NCBI GenBank assembly: GCA_963798845.1
Contig: CAWCUS010000001.1
Location: 160,001-224,000, forward strand
Direction of reading: 5' to 3'
Length of the DNA stretch: 64,000 nt
Source: an uncultured Gemmatimonadales bacterium
GTDB lineage: Bacteria; Gemmatimonadota; Gemmatimonadetes; Longimicrobiales; RSA9
Part shown: positions 49,603 through 59,129 of the stretch, piece after piece
How positions within the stretch are numbered: position 1 is the first letter of the stretch
Layout: every line of letters begins with the position of its first letter
Translations under genes and position numbers: made by a program
Notes under the pieces: model-generated
The model's input: only the letters and a program-made list of their open reading frames with translations
What the model was told of the DNA's origin: nothing
Database searches by the model: none

Positions 49603-50693
49603 CGCGGCTGCCCGGTCGCGGGGAGACGGTGCTCGTCGCCATGTCCGGCGGGGTCGACAGTTCCGTGGCCGCAGCGCTGCTGGTGGAGGAGGGCTACCGG
49701 GTGATCGGGGCCACGATGAAGACCTTCTGCTACGCCGAGACCCCGTCTCACGGGAAGACGTGCTGCGGGCTCGACGGGATCATGGACGCGCGGCGCGTGT
49801 CCGACCGCCTCGGAATCCCGCACTACGTCTTCGACATGGAGGAGTCGTTCGGCAGGGCGGTCATGGACGACTTCGTCGACGAGTACGCTGCGGGACGGAC
49901 GCCGAACCCGTGCGTACGGTGCAACTCCAACACCAAGATCCCCGACCTGCTCCAGCGAGGTCGTGCGCTGGGCGCCGGCTTCATCGCCACCGGTCATTAC
50001 GCCCGGATCCGGCGGGAGGACGGGGGGCCGCCCGCGCTGCTTCGAGCCCGCGACGCGGCCAAGGACCAGTCGTATTTTCTCTGGGGCCTCCCGAGGGAGG
50101 TGCTGGACGTCATCCTCTTCCCGGTCGGGATGCTGACCAAGCCGCAGGTCCGGGCGAGGGCCCGTGCCCTCGGCCTTTCCACAGCGGACAAGCCCGAGTC
50201 GCAGGAGATCTGCTTCGTCCCCACGGGCCGCTACACCGACTTCCTCGCCGACCGCCTGGGCTCGACACACCCCGCCCTGACGCCCGGGCCCATGGTGGAC
50301 GCGCGCGGGGAACGCGTGGGCGAGCACGACGGCTACGCCCGCTATACGGTGGGACAGCGAAAGGGTCTGGGCGGCGGGTTCGGTCGGAAGCTCTACGTCC
50401 TCGGCACGCGGCCGTCGACGAACGAGGTGGTGGTCGGTGGCGAGGAGGAACTGTTCCGGGACGAGGTGGCAGTGGGAGACCTGAACTGGCTGGGTTCCCC
50501 GCCGACCCACGGCGAGGCCGTTGTGGTGCGGTTGAGGCACCAGGGAGACCTCGTGGATGCGACGGTGACAGCGACCGGGAGCGCCGAGATGGTCAAGCTC
50601 CGCCTCGGTGAGCCCCAGCGAGCGATCACGCCAGGGCAGTCGGCCGCGGTGTACCGGGGCGAGGTTCTCGTGGGCGGTGGGCGGATCCGGTAG
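49599..50693 (+). CDS. mnmA: tRNA 2-thiouridine(34) synthase
   Basis: AMSGGVDS, TPNPCVRCN, ATGHYA, KDQSYFL, SQEICF, TVGQRKGL, TPGQ. Confidence 0.97.
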   Translation: MTRLPGRGETVLVAMSGGVDSSVAAALLVEEGYRVIGATMKTFCYAETPSHGKTCCGLDGIMDARRVSDRLGIPHYVFDMEESFGRAVMDDFVDEYAAGRTPNPCVRCNSNTKIPDLLQRGRALGAGFIATGHYARIRREDGGPPALLRARDAAKDQSYFLWGLPREVLDVILFPVGMLTKPQVRARARALGLSTADKPESQEICFVPTGRYTDFLADRLGSTHPALTPGPMVDARGERVGEHDGYARYTVGQRKGLGGGFGRKLYVLGTRPSTNEVVVGGEEELFRDEVAVGDLNWLGSPPTHGEAVVVRLRHQGDLVDATVTATGSAEMVKLRLGEPQRAITPGQSAAVYRGEVLVGGGRIR

Positions 50694-50708
50694 CCCGGCA
50701 TGGATCGC

Positions 50709-50942
50709 TCAGGAAACGTCGTGTGCCTGCCGCAGCAGCGTCCGGAGCTCGTCCTTCGACGCCCGCTCCACCTCGCGCTCCACCTCGGCCGTCGCTCCGT
50801 CCCTCGCCAGCGCGCGGGGCCGCCGGCTCCGATCGGAGAGGCAGAGGAACACGATCTCGGTGTGCTGCGGGAATCCATTCTCGCCGGAAGAAGGAAAGGC
50901 CTCCCAGAGGAGCAGGTCATCGTCCTGGATGATTCGGCTCAT
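50709..50942 (-). CDS. Small hypothetical protein, last gene of the grpE-dnaJ unit
   Basis: 77 aa, 5 nt after the dnaJ stop. Confidence 0.7.
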   Translation of the reverse strand: MSRIIQDDDLLLWEAFPSSGENGFPQHTEIVFLCLSDRSRRPRALARDGATAEVEREVERASKDELRTLLRQAHDVS

Positions 50943-50947
50943 GGCAT

Positions 50948-52069
50948 TCAGTAACGGAGCTCCGCGGCTTCCGCGAACTCCCGCATCAGCCGCTGCTCGT
51001 TCTCGTTCAGCGTTTCCGGCACCGTGATCTTCACCTGCACGTACTGGTCGCCTCGCTTCCCGTTCCGCTCGATTCCCTGCCGCGGGATTCGGAACTTGGT
51101 CCCGGATTGGGTACCCGGTGGAATCCGAAGCGAGACCTTCTTACCGTCCACGGTTCGCACCCGGATCTTGGACCCGAGCGCCGCCTGGGCGATGTTGACG
51201 GGGACCGTGCAGTGTACGTCGAGTCCCTTCCGGCGGAAAAACCGGTGGGGCTGAACCTGGAACGTGATCAGCAGGTCGCCGGCCGGGCCGCCGCCGCTGC
51301 CCCGTTCCCCCTGGCCGGACAGGCGGAGCTTCGATCCGGTGTCGACCCCCGCGGGCACTTTCAGCCGGATCTGCCGCTCCTGGCGTAGCTGCCCGCTGCC
51401 GCCGCACGCGTGGCACGGCTGCGCGGGGATGTGCCCGCGACCGTAGCACGCCGGACATGGCCGATTCACGGCGAAGCCGCCCTGGCCGAAGGATATCGTG
51501 CCCGAGCCGCCACATTCAGAGCAGACCGTCATGCGGGTGCCCGGCTCCGCACCCGACCCGCCGCAGATGGTGCACTCCTCGGTGACCGGGACAGTGATCG
51601 CAATGGCGCCCCCGCGGGCCGCGGTCTCGAAGGAGATCTCGACGGTGAACTCGACGTCCGCACCCCGCTCCGGGCCGCCACGGGGTTTCCGCTTGCGGCC
51701 GAAGTCGAAGATGGAGCTGAACAGATCGCCCAGGCCGCCGATGTCGCCCAGATCGTCCATCGTGAAGCGGACTCCGCCGCCGCCGGGCTGTCCGGCGAAG
51801 CCGCCGGTCCCGCCGGCTGCACCGCCGAAACCGGAGAACGGTCCCATCCGCCGCATTTGGTCGTACTGCGCCCGCTTCTCCGCGTTGGAGAGGACGGCGT
51901 ACGCCTCACCGATCTCCTTGAAGCGCTCGGCTGCGCGTGGATCGTTCTGGTTCGCGTCCGGATGGTACTGTTTGGCGAGCTTCCGGTACGCCTTCTTGAT
52001 CTCGCCGGCGTCCGCCTTCTCCGAGACTCCCAGGATCTGGTAGTAGTCCTTCGAGGTCGCCGTGGGCAT
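50948..52069 (-). CDS. dnaJ: Chaperone DnaJ (class A)
   Basis: HPD J-domain, G/F region, four CxxCxGxG repeats. Confidence 0.97.
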   Translation of the reverse strand: MPTATSKDYYQILGVSEKADAGEIKKAYRKLAKQYHPDANQNDPRAAERFKEIGEAYAVLSNAEKRAQYDQMRRMGPFSGFGGAAGGTGGFAGQPGGGGVRFTMDDLGDIGGLGDLFSSIFDFGRKRKPRGGPERGADVEFTVEISFETAARGGAIAITVPVTEECTICGGSGAEPGTRMTVCSECGGSGTISFGQGGFAVNRPCPACYGRGHIPAQPCHACGGSGQLRQERQIRLKVPAGVDTGSKLRLSGQGERGSGGGPAGDLLITFQVQPHRFFRRKGLDVHCTVPVNIAQAALGSKIRVRTVDGKKVSLRIPPGTQSGTKFRIPRQGIERNGKRGDQYVQVKITVPETLNENEQRLMREFAEAAELRY

Positions 52070-52075
52070 GCCGCG

Positions 52076-52672
52076 TCAGCCGCTCCCCTCTGCGGACTCG
52101 TCGTACTGGTGAACCCGGACGCGGGCCGGGCGAATCAGCACGTCGCGGAACCGGTAGCCGGGCTGCAACACGTCGGCCACGCGTCCGTCCTCGGCGGGGT
52201 CGTCGGTCGGGATCGCCATGAGCGCCTCCATGACTTCAGGGTCGAACGGCTGCCCCAGGGCCTGGACGCGCTCGAGCCCGGCGGATTCCAGCACCGATAC
52301 GAACTTCTTTTCCACCAGGCGAACACCTTCCGCGAGGGAGTCGACGGTCGTCCGGGGTCCGGTCTCCTCCACCCGCTGAAGGTCGTCGATCACGTCCAGC
52401 AACCCGCTCACGAGGTCCGCCTGGAGCCGTGCCGCCATCAGCTGCCGCTCGCGCTCGTTGCGCTTCCTGTAATTGTCGAACTCGGCGGCGAGGCGGAGGT
52501 GGCGATCGTTCATCGCCTCGAGCTCTCCACGCAGCTCATCCATCTCGACGGCCACGTCGTTCGTGGCCACGGCGTCCTGGGCGGCCACGTCTCCGGCGTC
52601 CGAAGGCGGGGCGGACGCCTGCGGCTCGTCGGCGGCGGCGGACCGATCTCGTCTCTTATGTTCCGTCATCAT
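52076..52672 (-). CDS. grpE: Nucleotide exchange factor GrpE
   Basis: RLAAEFDNYRKR, FDP, Q.GY...DVLIRPARV. Confidence 0.96.
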   Translation of the reverse strand: MMTEHKRRDRSAAADEPQASAPPSDAGDVAAQDAVATNDVAVEMDELRGELEAMNDRHLRLAAEFDNYRKRNERERQLMAARLQADLVSGLLDVIDDLQRVEETGPRTTVDSLAEGVRLVEKKFVSVLESAGLERVQALGQPFDPEVMEALMAIPTDDPAEDGRVADVLQPGYRFRDVLIRPARVRVHQYDESAEGSG

Positions 52673-52716
52673 CTCGTCAGCTTGGTTGGCAGGCGCAGCT
52701 TCGCGCCGTTCTCGGG

Positions 52717-52754
52717 TGCAATCGGGATGCCGCGGGCGACTGCCGCATTGGCAG
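52717..52754 (-). promoter_or_regulatory. Sigma54 promoter of grpE-dnaJ plus adjacent palindrome
   Basis: CGGCAT-N5-TTGCA (52732-52717); CTGCC-N5-GGCAG (52740-52754). Confidence 0.65.
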
Positions 52755-52759
52755 CCCGC

Positions 52760-53608
52760 TCACTCCAGCCTGTCCGTGATCCAGTCGCGGATCTCGCCCA
52801 GGACCGCGCCCCGTCCCCGCTCCTGGATGACTTCATGATACATCGCCGGGAGGACGTCCACGCTCACGTTGTCCGACGGGAGGGAGCGGGCGAAGGCGAT
52901 GCTGCGCTCGGCGTCCACGACCTTGTCATCGCCGGCGATGATGAAATGGGCCGGGATGGAAATGCGGTCGCCGCGTCGCAGGGCGAGCTCGATGGCGGAC
53001 GCCGTCTCGGTGAACAGTCGCGGCGTGATGGTGGAGTGGATCTGCGCATCGTCCCGGTAATCGGCGGCGCGCTCCTCGTCGTGGGTGAGCAGCCCGGGAT
53101 CGAGGTGGAACGGGAACGGGAACGCCGGGAGCGTCCGGTTGAGAACGCCGGCGAGGATGGACTGCCAGGGGGGAACCGGGACGGCGGTGCCGAGCCACGG
53201 GGACGTGATGACGGCACCGGCGAGCGGAGACTCATACTCCTCCAGGTATCGCACCGAGATGAGCCCACCGAGGGAGTGGCCGACGAGGAAGAGTGGCGTT
53301 TCCACCGGGAGCAGGCCCTGCACTTCACGGCGGAACCGGTCGAGATCCTGGAGGAATATGTCGAACCTGCGCACGTGGCCCCGCCGCCCCTCGGAGGCGC
53401 CGTGGCCGCGCAGGTCCATGGAGAAGCTGGACAGGGCGTATCCCGCCATGTAGTCCCCGAACTCCTCGTAGCGGCGGCTGTGCTCGAACAGGCCGTGCAC
53501 CACGATCAGGCCGGCGAGGGGCTCGTCCGCTTCCCACGTGCGATAGTGGAGCCGAAGTCGACCCACGCCCTCGAAATAGCCGTGATTCATGCGTGCCGTG
53601 ATGCTCAT
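52760..53608 (-). CDS. Alpha/beta hydrolase (lysophospholipase/monoglyceride lipase-like)
   Basis: HGLFEHS.RY, DLRGHG.SEG, GHSLGG, YHEV. Confidence 0.92.
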   Translation of the reverse strand: MSITARMNHGYFEGVGRLRLHYRTWEADEPLAGLIVVHGLFEHSRRYEEFGDYMAGYALSSFSMDLRGHGASEGRRGHVRRFDIFLQDLDRFRREVQGLLPVETPLFLVGHSLGGLISVRYLEEYESPLAGAVITSPWLGTAVPVPPWQSILAGVLNRTLPAFPFPFHLDPGLLTHDEERAADYRDDAQIHSTITPRLFTETASAIELALRRGDRISIPAHFIIAGDDKVVDAERSIAFARSLPSDNVSVDVLPAMYHEVIQERGRGAVLGEIRDWITDRLE

Positions 53609-54084
53609 TCCGCGTCCTCCAGGAGGTGCCAAAGGACCTCGAGAGCCGCGCGCACGGACTCGGTCCGGACGCGGGCTCGATCCCCGTCGAAGTGGAACCG
53701 GCGAGCGACCTCGCGCCCCCGGAGCGCGGCGGCGATCCAGACCGTGCCCACGGGCTTGTCCGAAGTGCCGCCGCCGGGACCCGCCACACCCGTCACCGCC
53801 ACCGCCGCATCCGCCATGCCGACCCTGAGCGCCCCCGCCACCATTTCCCGGGCGACGGCCTCGGAGACTGCGCCGTGCGCGGACAGGGTGGTTCGGTGCA
53901 CGCCCAGGATCCGTTCCTTGGCGTCGTTCGCGTACGCGACGACGCCCGCCACCAGGAATTCCGAGGCACCGGCCCGGTCCGTGAGGGCCGCGGCCACCAT
54001 CCCGCCGGTGCAGCTCTCGGCGAGCGCGAGCCGGAGTCCCTTCTGCGCGAGGGACCGGGAAACGCTCCCGACCAGGTCCGTCAT
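53605..54084 (-). CDS. cinA: CinA C-terminal domain protein (NMN deamidase PncC-like)
   Basis: AESCTGG, GAVSE.VA..M, TGVAGPGGG..KPVGTV. Confidence 0.92.
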   Translation of the reverse strand: MTDLVGSVSRSLAQKGLRLALAESCTGGMVAAALTDRAGASEFLVAGVVAYANDAKERILGVHRTTLSAHGAVSEAVAREMVAGALRVGMADAAVAVTGVAGPGGGTSDKPVGTVWIAAALRGREVARRFHFDGDRARVRTESVRAALEVLWHLLEDAE

Positions 54085-54731
54085 GGCCGCGTCGCCCCCG
54101 GCCTGCTCCAGCTCCACAGGTAGACAGCCATGGAGAACACGGTGAGGATGATGGCGATGAGGAGCGACAGCGCGAGCACCGGTCCGTGCAGAAGCCCGCG
54201 CCACAACTCCCAGAACCGCCCCGTCCAGCCGTGCGCCTGGGCGGCGGCGACCAGGGCGTACCAGAGCACTGCGGAGCCGCTGAAGATGTTCTGGAACACG
54301 GCTTTGTACTTCCCCGCCTTCCCCGCCGGAATGACTCGCCCCCGCTGCGCGGCCACCTGCCGGACGATCGTGATCAGGAGCTCCCGACCGAAGATGACGG
54401 CCAGGACCCAGAGGGGGAGGGCGCCCCAGTACGGGAGCGCGTTGAGGGGGCCGGGGCGATGGGAAAGGATGTAGAATGGGATGAAGGTCACGACGAGCAG
54501 CAGCTTGTCGGCCACCGGGTCCATGAGCTTCCCGAAATTCGAGATCCACCCATACTTCCTGGCCAGGTAGCCGTCCCAGAGGTCGGACACGGCGGCGGCG
54601 AGGAAGAGGAGGAAGGCGATGAAGCGGGGCCAGAAGCCGTCGGCGAGGATCAGGAAGAAGACGGCTGGCGCGACCAGGATCCGGCCCACCGTGATGACAT
54701 TGGGGATCGTGCGAGCACGGAGGATGGCCAT
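54081..54731 (-). CDS. pgsA: CDP-alcohol phosphatidyltransferase (PGP synthase)
   Basis: PN.IT..RI, D..DGYLARK, FGKLMDPVADKLL, GK.K. Confidence 0.9.
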   Translation of the reverse strand: MAILRARTIPNVITVGRILVAPAVFFLILADGFWPRFIAFLLFLAAAVSDLWDGYLARKYGWISNFGKLMDPVADKLLLVVTFIPFYILSHRPGPLNALPYWGALPLWVLAVIFGRELLITIVRQVAAQRGRVIPAGKAGKYKAVFQNIFSGSAVLWYALVAAAQAHGWTGRFWELWRGLLHGPVLALSLLIAIILTVFSMAVYLWSWSRPGATRP

Positions 54732-54738
54732 GATCGGG

Positions 54739-55317
54739 TCACCCCAGCCTCTCGAAGACCCGCTTGCTTACACCCCGGAGCGTCTCGAACACGCCGGTCC
54801 CGAGGCTGGCCACGGCCTCGAACTCCTGGAGACCTCCCGGATTCAGCTGGGCGTGGAGCTCTTCCAGCGGCAGCCGGCTCGGGAGGTCCCGCTTGTTGTA
54901 CTGGATCACCGTGGGCAGGTGCTGCGTGTCGTAGCCGTATTCGGACAGGTGCTCGTAGAGGTTCTGCATGGAGGCGAGATTCGCGTCCATGCGCTCGGGT
55001 CCGGAGTCGGCCACGAACACGACCCCGTCGACGTTCTTGAGGATTAGCCGTCGACTCGCGTTGTAGTACACCTGGCCGGGCACGGTGTAGAGGTGAAACC
55101 GGGTCTTGAACCCGCGGATGGTACCGAGAGCGACGGGCAGGAAATCGAAGAAGAGGGTCCGCTCGTTGTCCGTCGCGAGGGAGATGAGGCGCCCCCTCGT
55201 CTCCGGATTCACGGTCTGGTAGACGTATTCGAGATTGGTGGTCTTGCCGCCGAGGCCGGGACCGAAATACACGATCTTGCAGTTGATCTCGCGGCTGGCG
55301 TAGTTGATCACGGGCAT
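54739..55317 (-). CDS. mglA: Ras-like GTPase MglA
   Basis: [53 protein letters not shown]. Confidence 0.95.
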   Translation of the reverse strand: MPVINYASREINCKIVYFGPGLGGKTTNLEYVYQTVNPETRGRLISLATDNERTLFFDFLPVALGTIRGFKTRFHLYTVPGQVYYNASRRLILKNVDGVVFVADSGPERMDANLASMQNLYEHLSEYGYDTQHLPTVIQYNKRDLPSRLPLEELHAQLNPGGLQEFEAVASLGTGVFETLRGVSKRVFERLG

Positions 55318-55330
55318 GTTCCGCGCCCCC

Positions 55331-55819
55331 TCACCCGGCGAACAGCCGATCGATCTCGCCGAGCGCGTCCTGTGCGAATCCCGGCTGGAGCGTCGGCCGT
55401 TCCTGCGGCCGTGCCGCGGCTTCGTGGAGGACATCCTCGAGCTGCGGCACAACCTGCCGGATCTGGACCCGGACCGTGCCGTGCGTGGTGCCGCCGTCGA
55501 AGATCGTGGCCAGGATGGCCGCGCCAGCGACGTTGGAGAGGAACATGGACCCGTTCACGCCGCGGTGGTACAGCGAGGCGAACTCCCGCTCGCCGAGCAC
55601 GCCGGCGAGCTGGTCGCTGGCGTCGAAATCGGCGGCCGCCAGAACGGCGAAGCTGATGACGTCGAGGTGGCCGACATCGCCGGCGGTGGTGACGGCCCGC
55701 CCCGATCGGTCGAGGAGGAGCGCACAGCGGGCGCCGGCTTCGGCGACGAACGCGTGGAGCAGACGGTGCAGGCGTTCGAGGTCGTCGGAATCGAGCGCGG
55801 CTATCGGGTCAGAGCTCAT
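55331..55819 (-). CDS. mglB: Roadblock/LC7 protein MglB (GAP)
   Basis: [28 protein letters not shown]; directly upstream of mglA. Confidence 0.9.
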   Translation of the reverse strand: MSSDPIAALDSDDLERLHRLLHAFVAEAGARCALLLDRSGRAVTTAGDVGHLDVISFAVLAAADFDASDQLAGVLGEREFASLYHRGVNGSMFLSNVAGAAILATIFDGGTTHGTVRVQIRQVVPQLEDVLHEAAARPQERPTLQPGFAQDALGEIDRLFAG

Positions 55820-56137
55820 CCGGCAGCCTCGCCGGAGAGAGCCTCCCGAGCTCGAAGGCTCCGCTCCAGCTTGTCCCGCACCTGCTCCGCGCGGCGGCGG
55901 ACCAGCGGCTGGCGTTCCCAGGCGATGTAGTCACGAAGGAGGCGCAGCGAGTCCACCGTGGGCTCGCTCCCGGCGATGTAGCCCAGGGCCGCCAGCCGCC
56001 GCAGCGGTCGACTGCTGAAGAGGTCTCTGCGGTGCCGCGACATTCTGGTTCCGCAGGAAGAGCACGCCGAGCACCGAAGCGGCGGCGGTGGCGATGAGCG
56101 CGATTCCCGTGATGCGAAGGACCTGCTTCATTCTCAT
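55816..56137 (-). pseudogene. Membrane-anchored hypothetical protein split by a 1-nt insertion (or sequencing error)
   Basis: 322 nt = 107 codons + 1; removing one A at 56043/56044 joins TM ..LGVLFLRNQ to MSRHRRDLFS..RRLAALGY. Confidence 0.7.
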
Positions 56138-56140
56138 CCG

Positions 56141-56743
56141 TCAAAGCTCCCGTCGTCCGGACAGCGCCTCCGCAATGGTGACCCCGTCGGCGTACTCGAG
56201 GTCGCCGCCGACCGGGAGGCCGCGAGCCAGGCGCGTCACCCGCACCCCAGCGGGGCGGACCAGCTTCTGGAGGTAGAGCGCGGTGGCCTCGCCTTCCACG
56301 CTGGGGTTCGTGGCTATGATCAACTCCTGCACGGCGACGCCGGTCTCCCCGCCGGCATCGAGGCGCCGGAGCAGTCGGTCGATGTTCAGCTCCTCGGGGC
56401 CGACACCATCGAGGGGCGAGAGACGTCCACCGAGGACATGGTAAAGCCCGCGGTATTCGCCGGTTCGCTCGATCGCCCCGATGTCGGCGGCCTCCTCCAC
56501 GACGCAGATCACGGACGGATCCCGTCTGGAGTCGGTGCACAGCTCGCAGGGATCGGCTTCGGTGAGATTACCGCATCGGGAGCATTCGCGCACGCGCTCG
56601 GCCACGGCCTGGATGGCGTGGGCCAGCCGGCGGCTCTCCTCGGGACTGCGCTTCAGGAGGAAGAAGGTGAGGCGGAGCGCCGTCTTCCGTCCTATGCCGG
56701 GAAGACGCGACAGCTCGGTCGTGAGCTCGTCGATGACACCCAT
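56141..56743 (-). CDS. recR: Recombination mediator RecR
   Basis: LPGIGRKTA.RL, C4 zinc finger, YHVLGG, ATNPSVEGEATA, G.DLEYAD. Confidence 0.97.
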   Translation of the reverse strand: MGVIDELTTELSRLPGIGRKTALRLTFFLLKRSPEESRRLAHAIQAVAERVRECSRCGNLTEADPCELCTDSRRDPSVICVVEEAADIGAIERTGEYRGLYHVLGGRLSPLDGVGPEELNIDRLLRRLDAGGETGVAVQELIIATNPSVEGEATALYLQKLVRPAGVRVTRLARGLPVGGDLEYADGVTIAEALSGRREL

Positions 56744-56748
56744 TCGCC

Positions 56749-57072
56749 TCAGGGCAGATTCGGCAGCTGGAACGGGAGCGGAAGTCCGCCGGTGAGCTTC
56801 TTGAGCTCTTCCTCATAGAGGCCGCGCGCACGCTGCTGGGCGTCGGAAACGGCCGCGAGGACGAGGTCTTCGAGCATCTCGACGTCGGTGGAGTCCACCA
56901 CGGACGGGTCGATCTTCACCTCCCGGACCCGGCCCTGCCCATCGGCCGTGACCGTCACCATCCCACCGCCGCTGCTGCCGGAGATCTTGTGCTTGCCGAG
57001 CTCCGACTGGAGCTCGGAGAAACGGGCCTGCATTTGCTGGCCCATCTGTAGAATCTGCTGAAAATTCGTCAT
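56749..57072 (-). CDS. ybaB: YbaB/EbfC nucleoid-associated protein
   Basis: G.SGGGMVTV, D.EMLEDLV.AA..DA; between dnaX and recR. Confidence 0.95.
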   Translation of the reverse strand: MTNFQQILQMGQQMQARFSELQSELGKHKISGSSGGGMVTVTADGQGRVREVKIDPSVVDSTDVEMLEDLVLAAVSDAQQRARGLYEEELKKLTGGLPLPFQLPNLP

Positions 57073-57084
57073 GAAATTCGCCCG

Positions 57085-57114
57085 AAGATAGCGGCCGTCA
57101 GTCCAGCATTTCAA
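57085..57114 (-). promoter_or_regulatory. Internal sigma70-type promoter for ybaB-recR-X-mglBA
   Basis: TTGAAA-18-TATCTT across the dnaX stop. Confidence 0.45.
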
Positions 57115-58864
57115 GGTCCCACTGTTTTACCGCCCGGTCCAGTGCCGGTTCCTCACTGGCCAGCTTCCGAACCTGCTCATCGCGGACGCGCTCCGGTGTG
57201 AGGCGTGCGGACTCGACGCCCCCGGCCGGTCGGACCGCGAGGCGGATCTCGCGACCGAGGCGACGCCTCAGCGCCGCCTCCAGCGCGTCCCTCGCGCGTG
57301 CGTCCAGCATCTCCAGCCCCGGGCCGGGCGGTAGCTCGATGGTGACCCGGTCCTCGTCGTCCTCCACCACGGCGGCAGTCCGGAGGAAGAGCCCGAGCCC
57401 CGGCGGGAGTCCGGCGTTCCCACCCGCCGCGATGGCACGCAGGGCCTCGTCCGCGGTGCCGGGAGCGGCGGCAGCCGCACCGGGAGTGGCGGATCCGAGC
57501 TCAGCGGAGGGCGGCGGTGTCGCTGGCGGGCTCTCGCCGGGTGCGGGCGCGGGCGCGGTCCGCGCTTCTCCCTGCGAGCCTGAAGCCGCTCCTGCCCGTG
57601 TGCCCCCGGACCCCGCAGGGCCACCGCCGGCGCCGGGGGGCACGCCGCGCGGCCTGCGCGGCCGCGGTCGGGGATCGGGCGTGAGGTCCGGTGAGTGCGG
57701 TTCCGGCGCTGGGGCCGCCCCGCCTGCGGCGCGGATCAACCCCTCGACATCGGCAGTTCGCGGGAGATGCGCGAAGCGAAGGAGAAGGGCCTCGAGGAGG
57801 ATACGGGGGTTCCCGCTCTTGCGGAAGCGTCCGTCGGCGTCCAGCTCGGCAGTCTGGGCCAGCATGCGCAGGAGGTCGCCCGTGGAGAACGCCCCGGCGC
57901 GTTCGGCCCAGAGGGGCCGCAGGTCCGGCCGGACCTCAGCGGCGTCGGCACCATCGAAGCGGATGATGAGCAGCGAGCGAACGGCATCGGCGAGGCCGCG
58001 ATAGAACTCACTGAGGTCGTAGCCCCCTTCGACGACGTCCTGGACGAAGCGGAACACGTCTCCCACGCGTCCGGCCGCGATGATGGCAAAGAGGTCGAGG
58101 TAGACCTCGTCCGCCACCAGGCCCAGGATCCGCTGGACGTCGGCGGCCCGAAGCTCGCCCTCGACGAAAGAGAGGGCCTGATCCAGGAGCGAGAGAGCAT
58201 CCCGCATACCGCCTTCGGCGCGACGGGCGAGGAGGAGCAACGCCTGCTCATCCGTCTGCACGCCCTCGGCCTCCAGGACCTGACCGAGGCGCTGGACGAT
58301 GGCCGGCACGCTGAGGCGGTGGAAATCGAAGCGCTGCGTGCGCGAGAGGATCGGGGGCGCGGTTTGCTGGATCTTCTGCGGCTCGGTGGTGGCGAAGATG
58401 AAGACGACGCGGGGCGGCGGCTCCTCCAGGATCTTGAGCAGGGCGTTCCATGCTTCGCGGGTGAGCATGTGCGCCTCGTCGATGATGTACACCTTGTAGC
58501 GCGACTCCTCGGTGGGCGCGTACATGGCGCGCTCCCGTAGGTCGCGGGCGTCGTCCACGCCGCGATTGGAGGCGGCGTCGATCTCCACCACGTCGAGGGA
58601 AGTGCGGCCCGCCCAGATGCGCTCGCACGACTCGCACGTGCCGCACGGCTCCCCGTCCTCGCCGCGGTTCGGGCAGTTCAGCGCCATGGCGAGGACGCGG
58701 GCGGCAGTGGTCTTGCCGACGCCCCGGGGGCCGCTGAACAGGTAGGCGTGGGCCACCCGGCCCCTGGCGATGGCGGAGCGGAGCGTCTCGGAGACGTGCT
58801 CCTGCGTGATCATCTCGGCGAACCGACGGGGACGGTACGTGCGGGCGAGAGCGTTGCGCGTCAT
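57098..58864 (-). CDS. dnaX: DNA polymerase III subunit gamma/tau
   Basis: LAR.YRP..F, GPRGVGKTT, EIDAASNRGVDD, IIDEAHML, LLKILEEPP; Pro/Ala linker. Confidence 0.97.
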   Translation of the reverse strand: MTRNALARTYRPRRFAEMITQEHVSETLRSAIARGRVAHAYLFSGPRGVGKTTAARVLAMALNCPNRGEDGEPCGTCESCERIWAGRTSLDVVEIDAASNRGVDDARDLRERAMYAPTEESRYKVYIIDEAHMLTREAWNALLKILEEPPPRVVFIFATTEPQKIQQTAPPILSRTQRFDFHRLSVPAIVQRLGQVLEAEGVQTDEQALLLLARRAEGGMRDALSLLDQALSFVEGELRAADVQRILGLVADEVYLDLFAIIAAGRVGDVFRFVQDVVEGGYDLSEFYRGLADAVRSLLIIRFDGADAAEVRPDLRPLWAERAGAFSTGDLLRMLAQTAELDADGRFRKSGNPRILLEALLLRFAHLPRTADVEGLIRAAGGAAPAPEPHSPDLTPDPRPRPRRPRGVPPGAGGGPAGSGGTRAGAASGSQGEARTAPAPAPGESPPATPPPSAELGSATPGAAAAAPGTADEALRAIAAGGNAGLPPGLGLFLRTAAVVEDDEDRVTIELPPGPGLEMLDARARDALEAALRRRLGREIRLAVRPAGGVESARLTPERVRDEQVRKLASEEPALDRAVKQWDLEMLD

Positions 58865-58955
58865 CGGGGCTCGGGCGATCCCGGGGCACGTTGGAACAGG
58901 TGCGAGGCGCGCGCCTTGCGAGTGCCTTCACGCGGCGAGCGCGAGTAAAGAAAAT

Positions 58956-59051
58956 GCCCCAGGCGAACCGCAGCGGCGTCCGCGTCACTTACCGCTGCTA
59001 CCTTCACGGTCCTGACGGGTTTCGCGAGCTCGCGCCCTGCGGGCCTGGGGC
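58956..59051 (-). ncRNA. ffs: Signal recognition particle RNA (4.5S)
   Basis: Closing stem GCCCCAGGC/GCCTGGGGC, core TCAGG-ACC-loop-GGT-AGCAGC, U-rich tail, upstream of dnaX. Confidence 0.92.
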
Positions 59052-59057
59052 GAAAGG

Positions 59058-59086
59058 AACGTAACGGCAGGGGAGTCGGGGTTCAA
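59058..59086 (-). promoter_or_regulatory. Sigma70 promoter of ffs
   Basis: TTGAAC-17-TACGTT, 6 nt before the first G of the RNA. Confidence 0.75.
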
Positions 59087-59129
59087 CCCCGTCCGGACCT
59101 TCGGACGGGAGTCGCAACGGAGGCACGGG

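Noticed and set aside
57400..57780. Programmed frameshift in dnaX (gamma/tau)
   Set aside because: No A-AAA-AAG or poly-A slippery run seen; only a Pro/Ala/Gly linker
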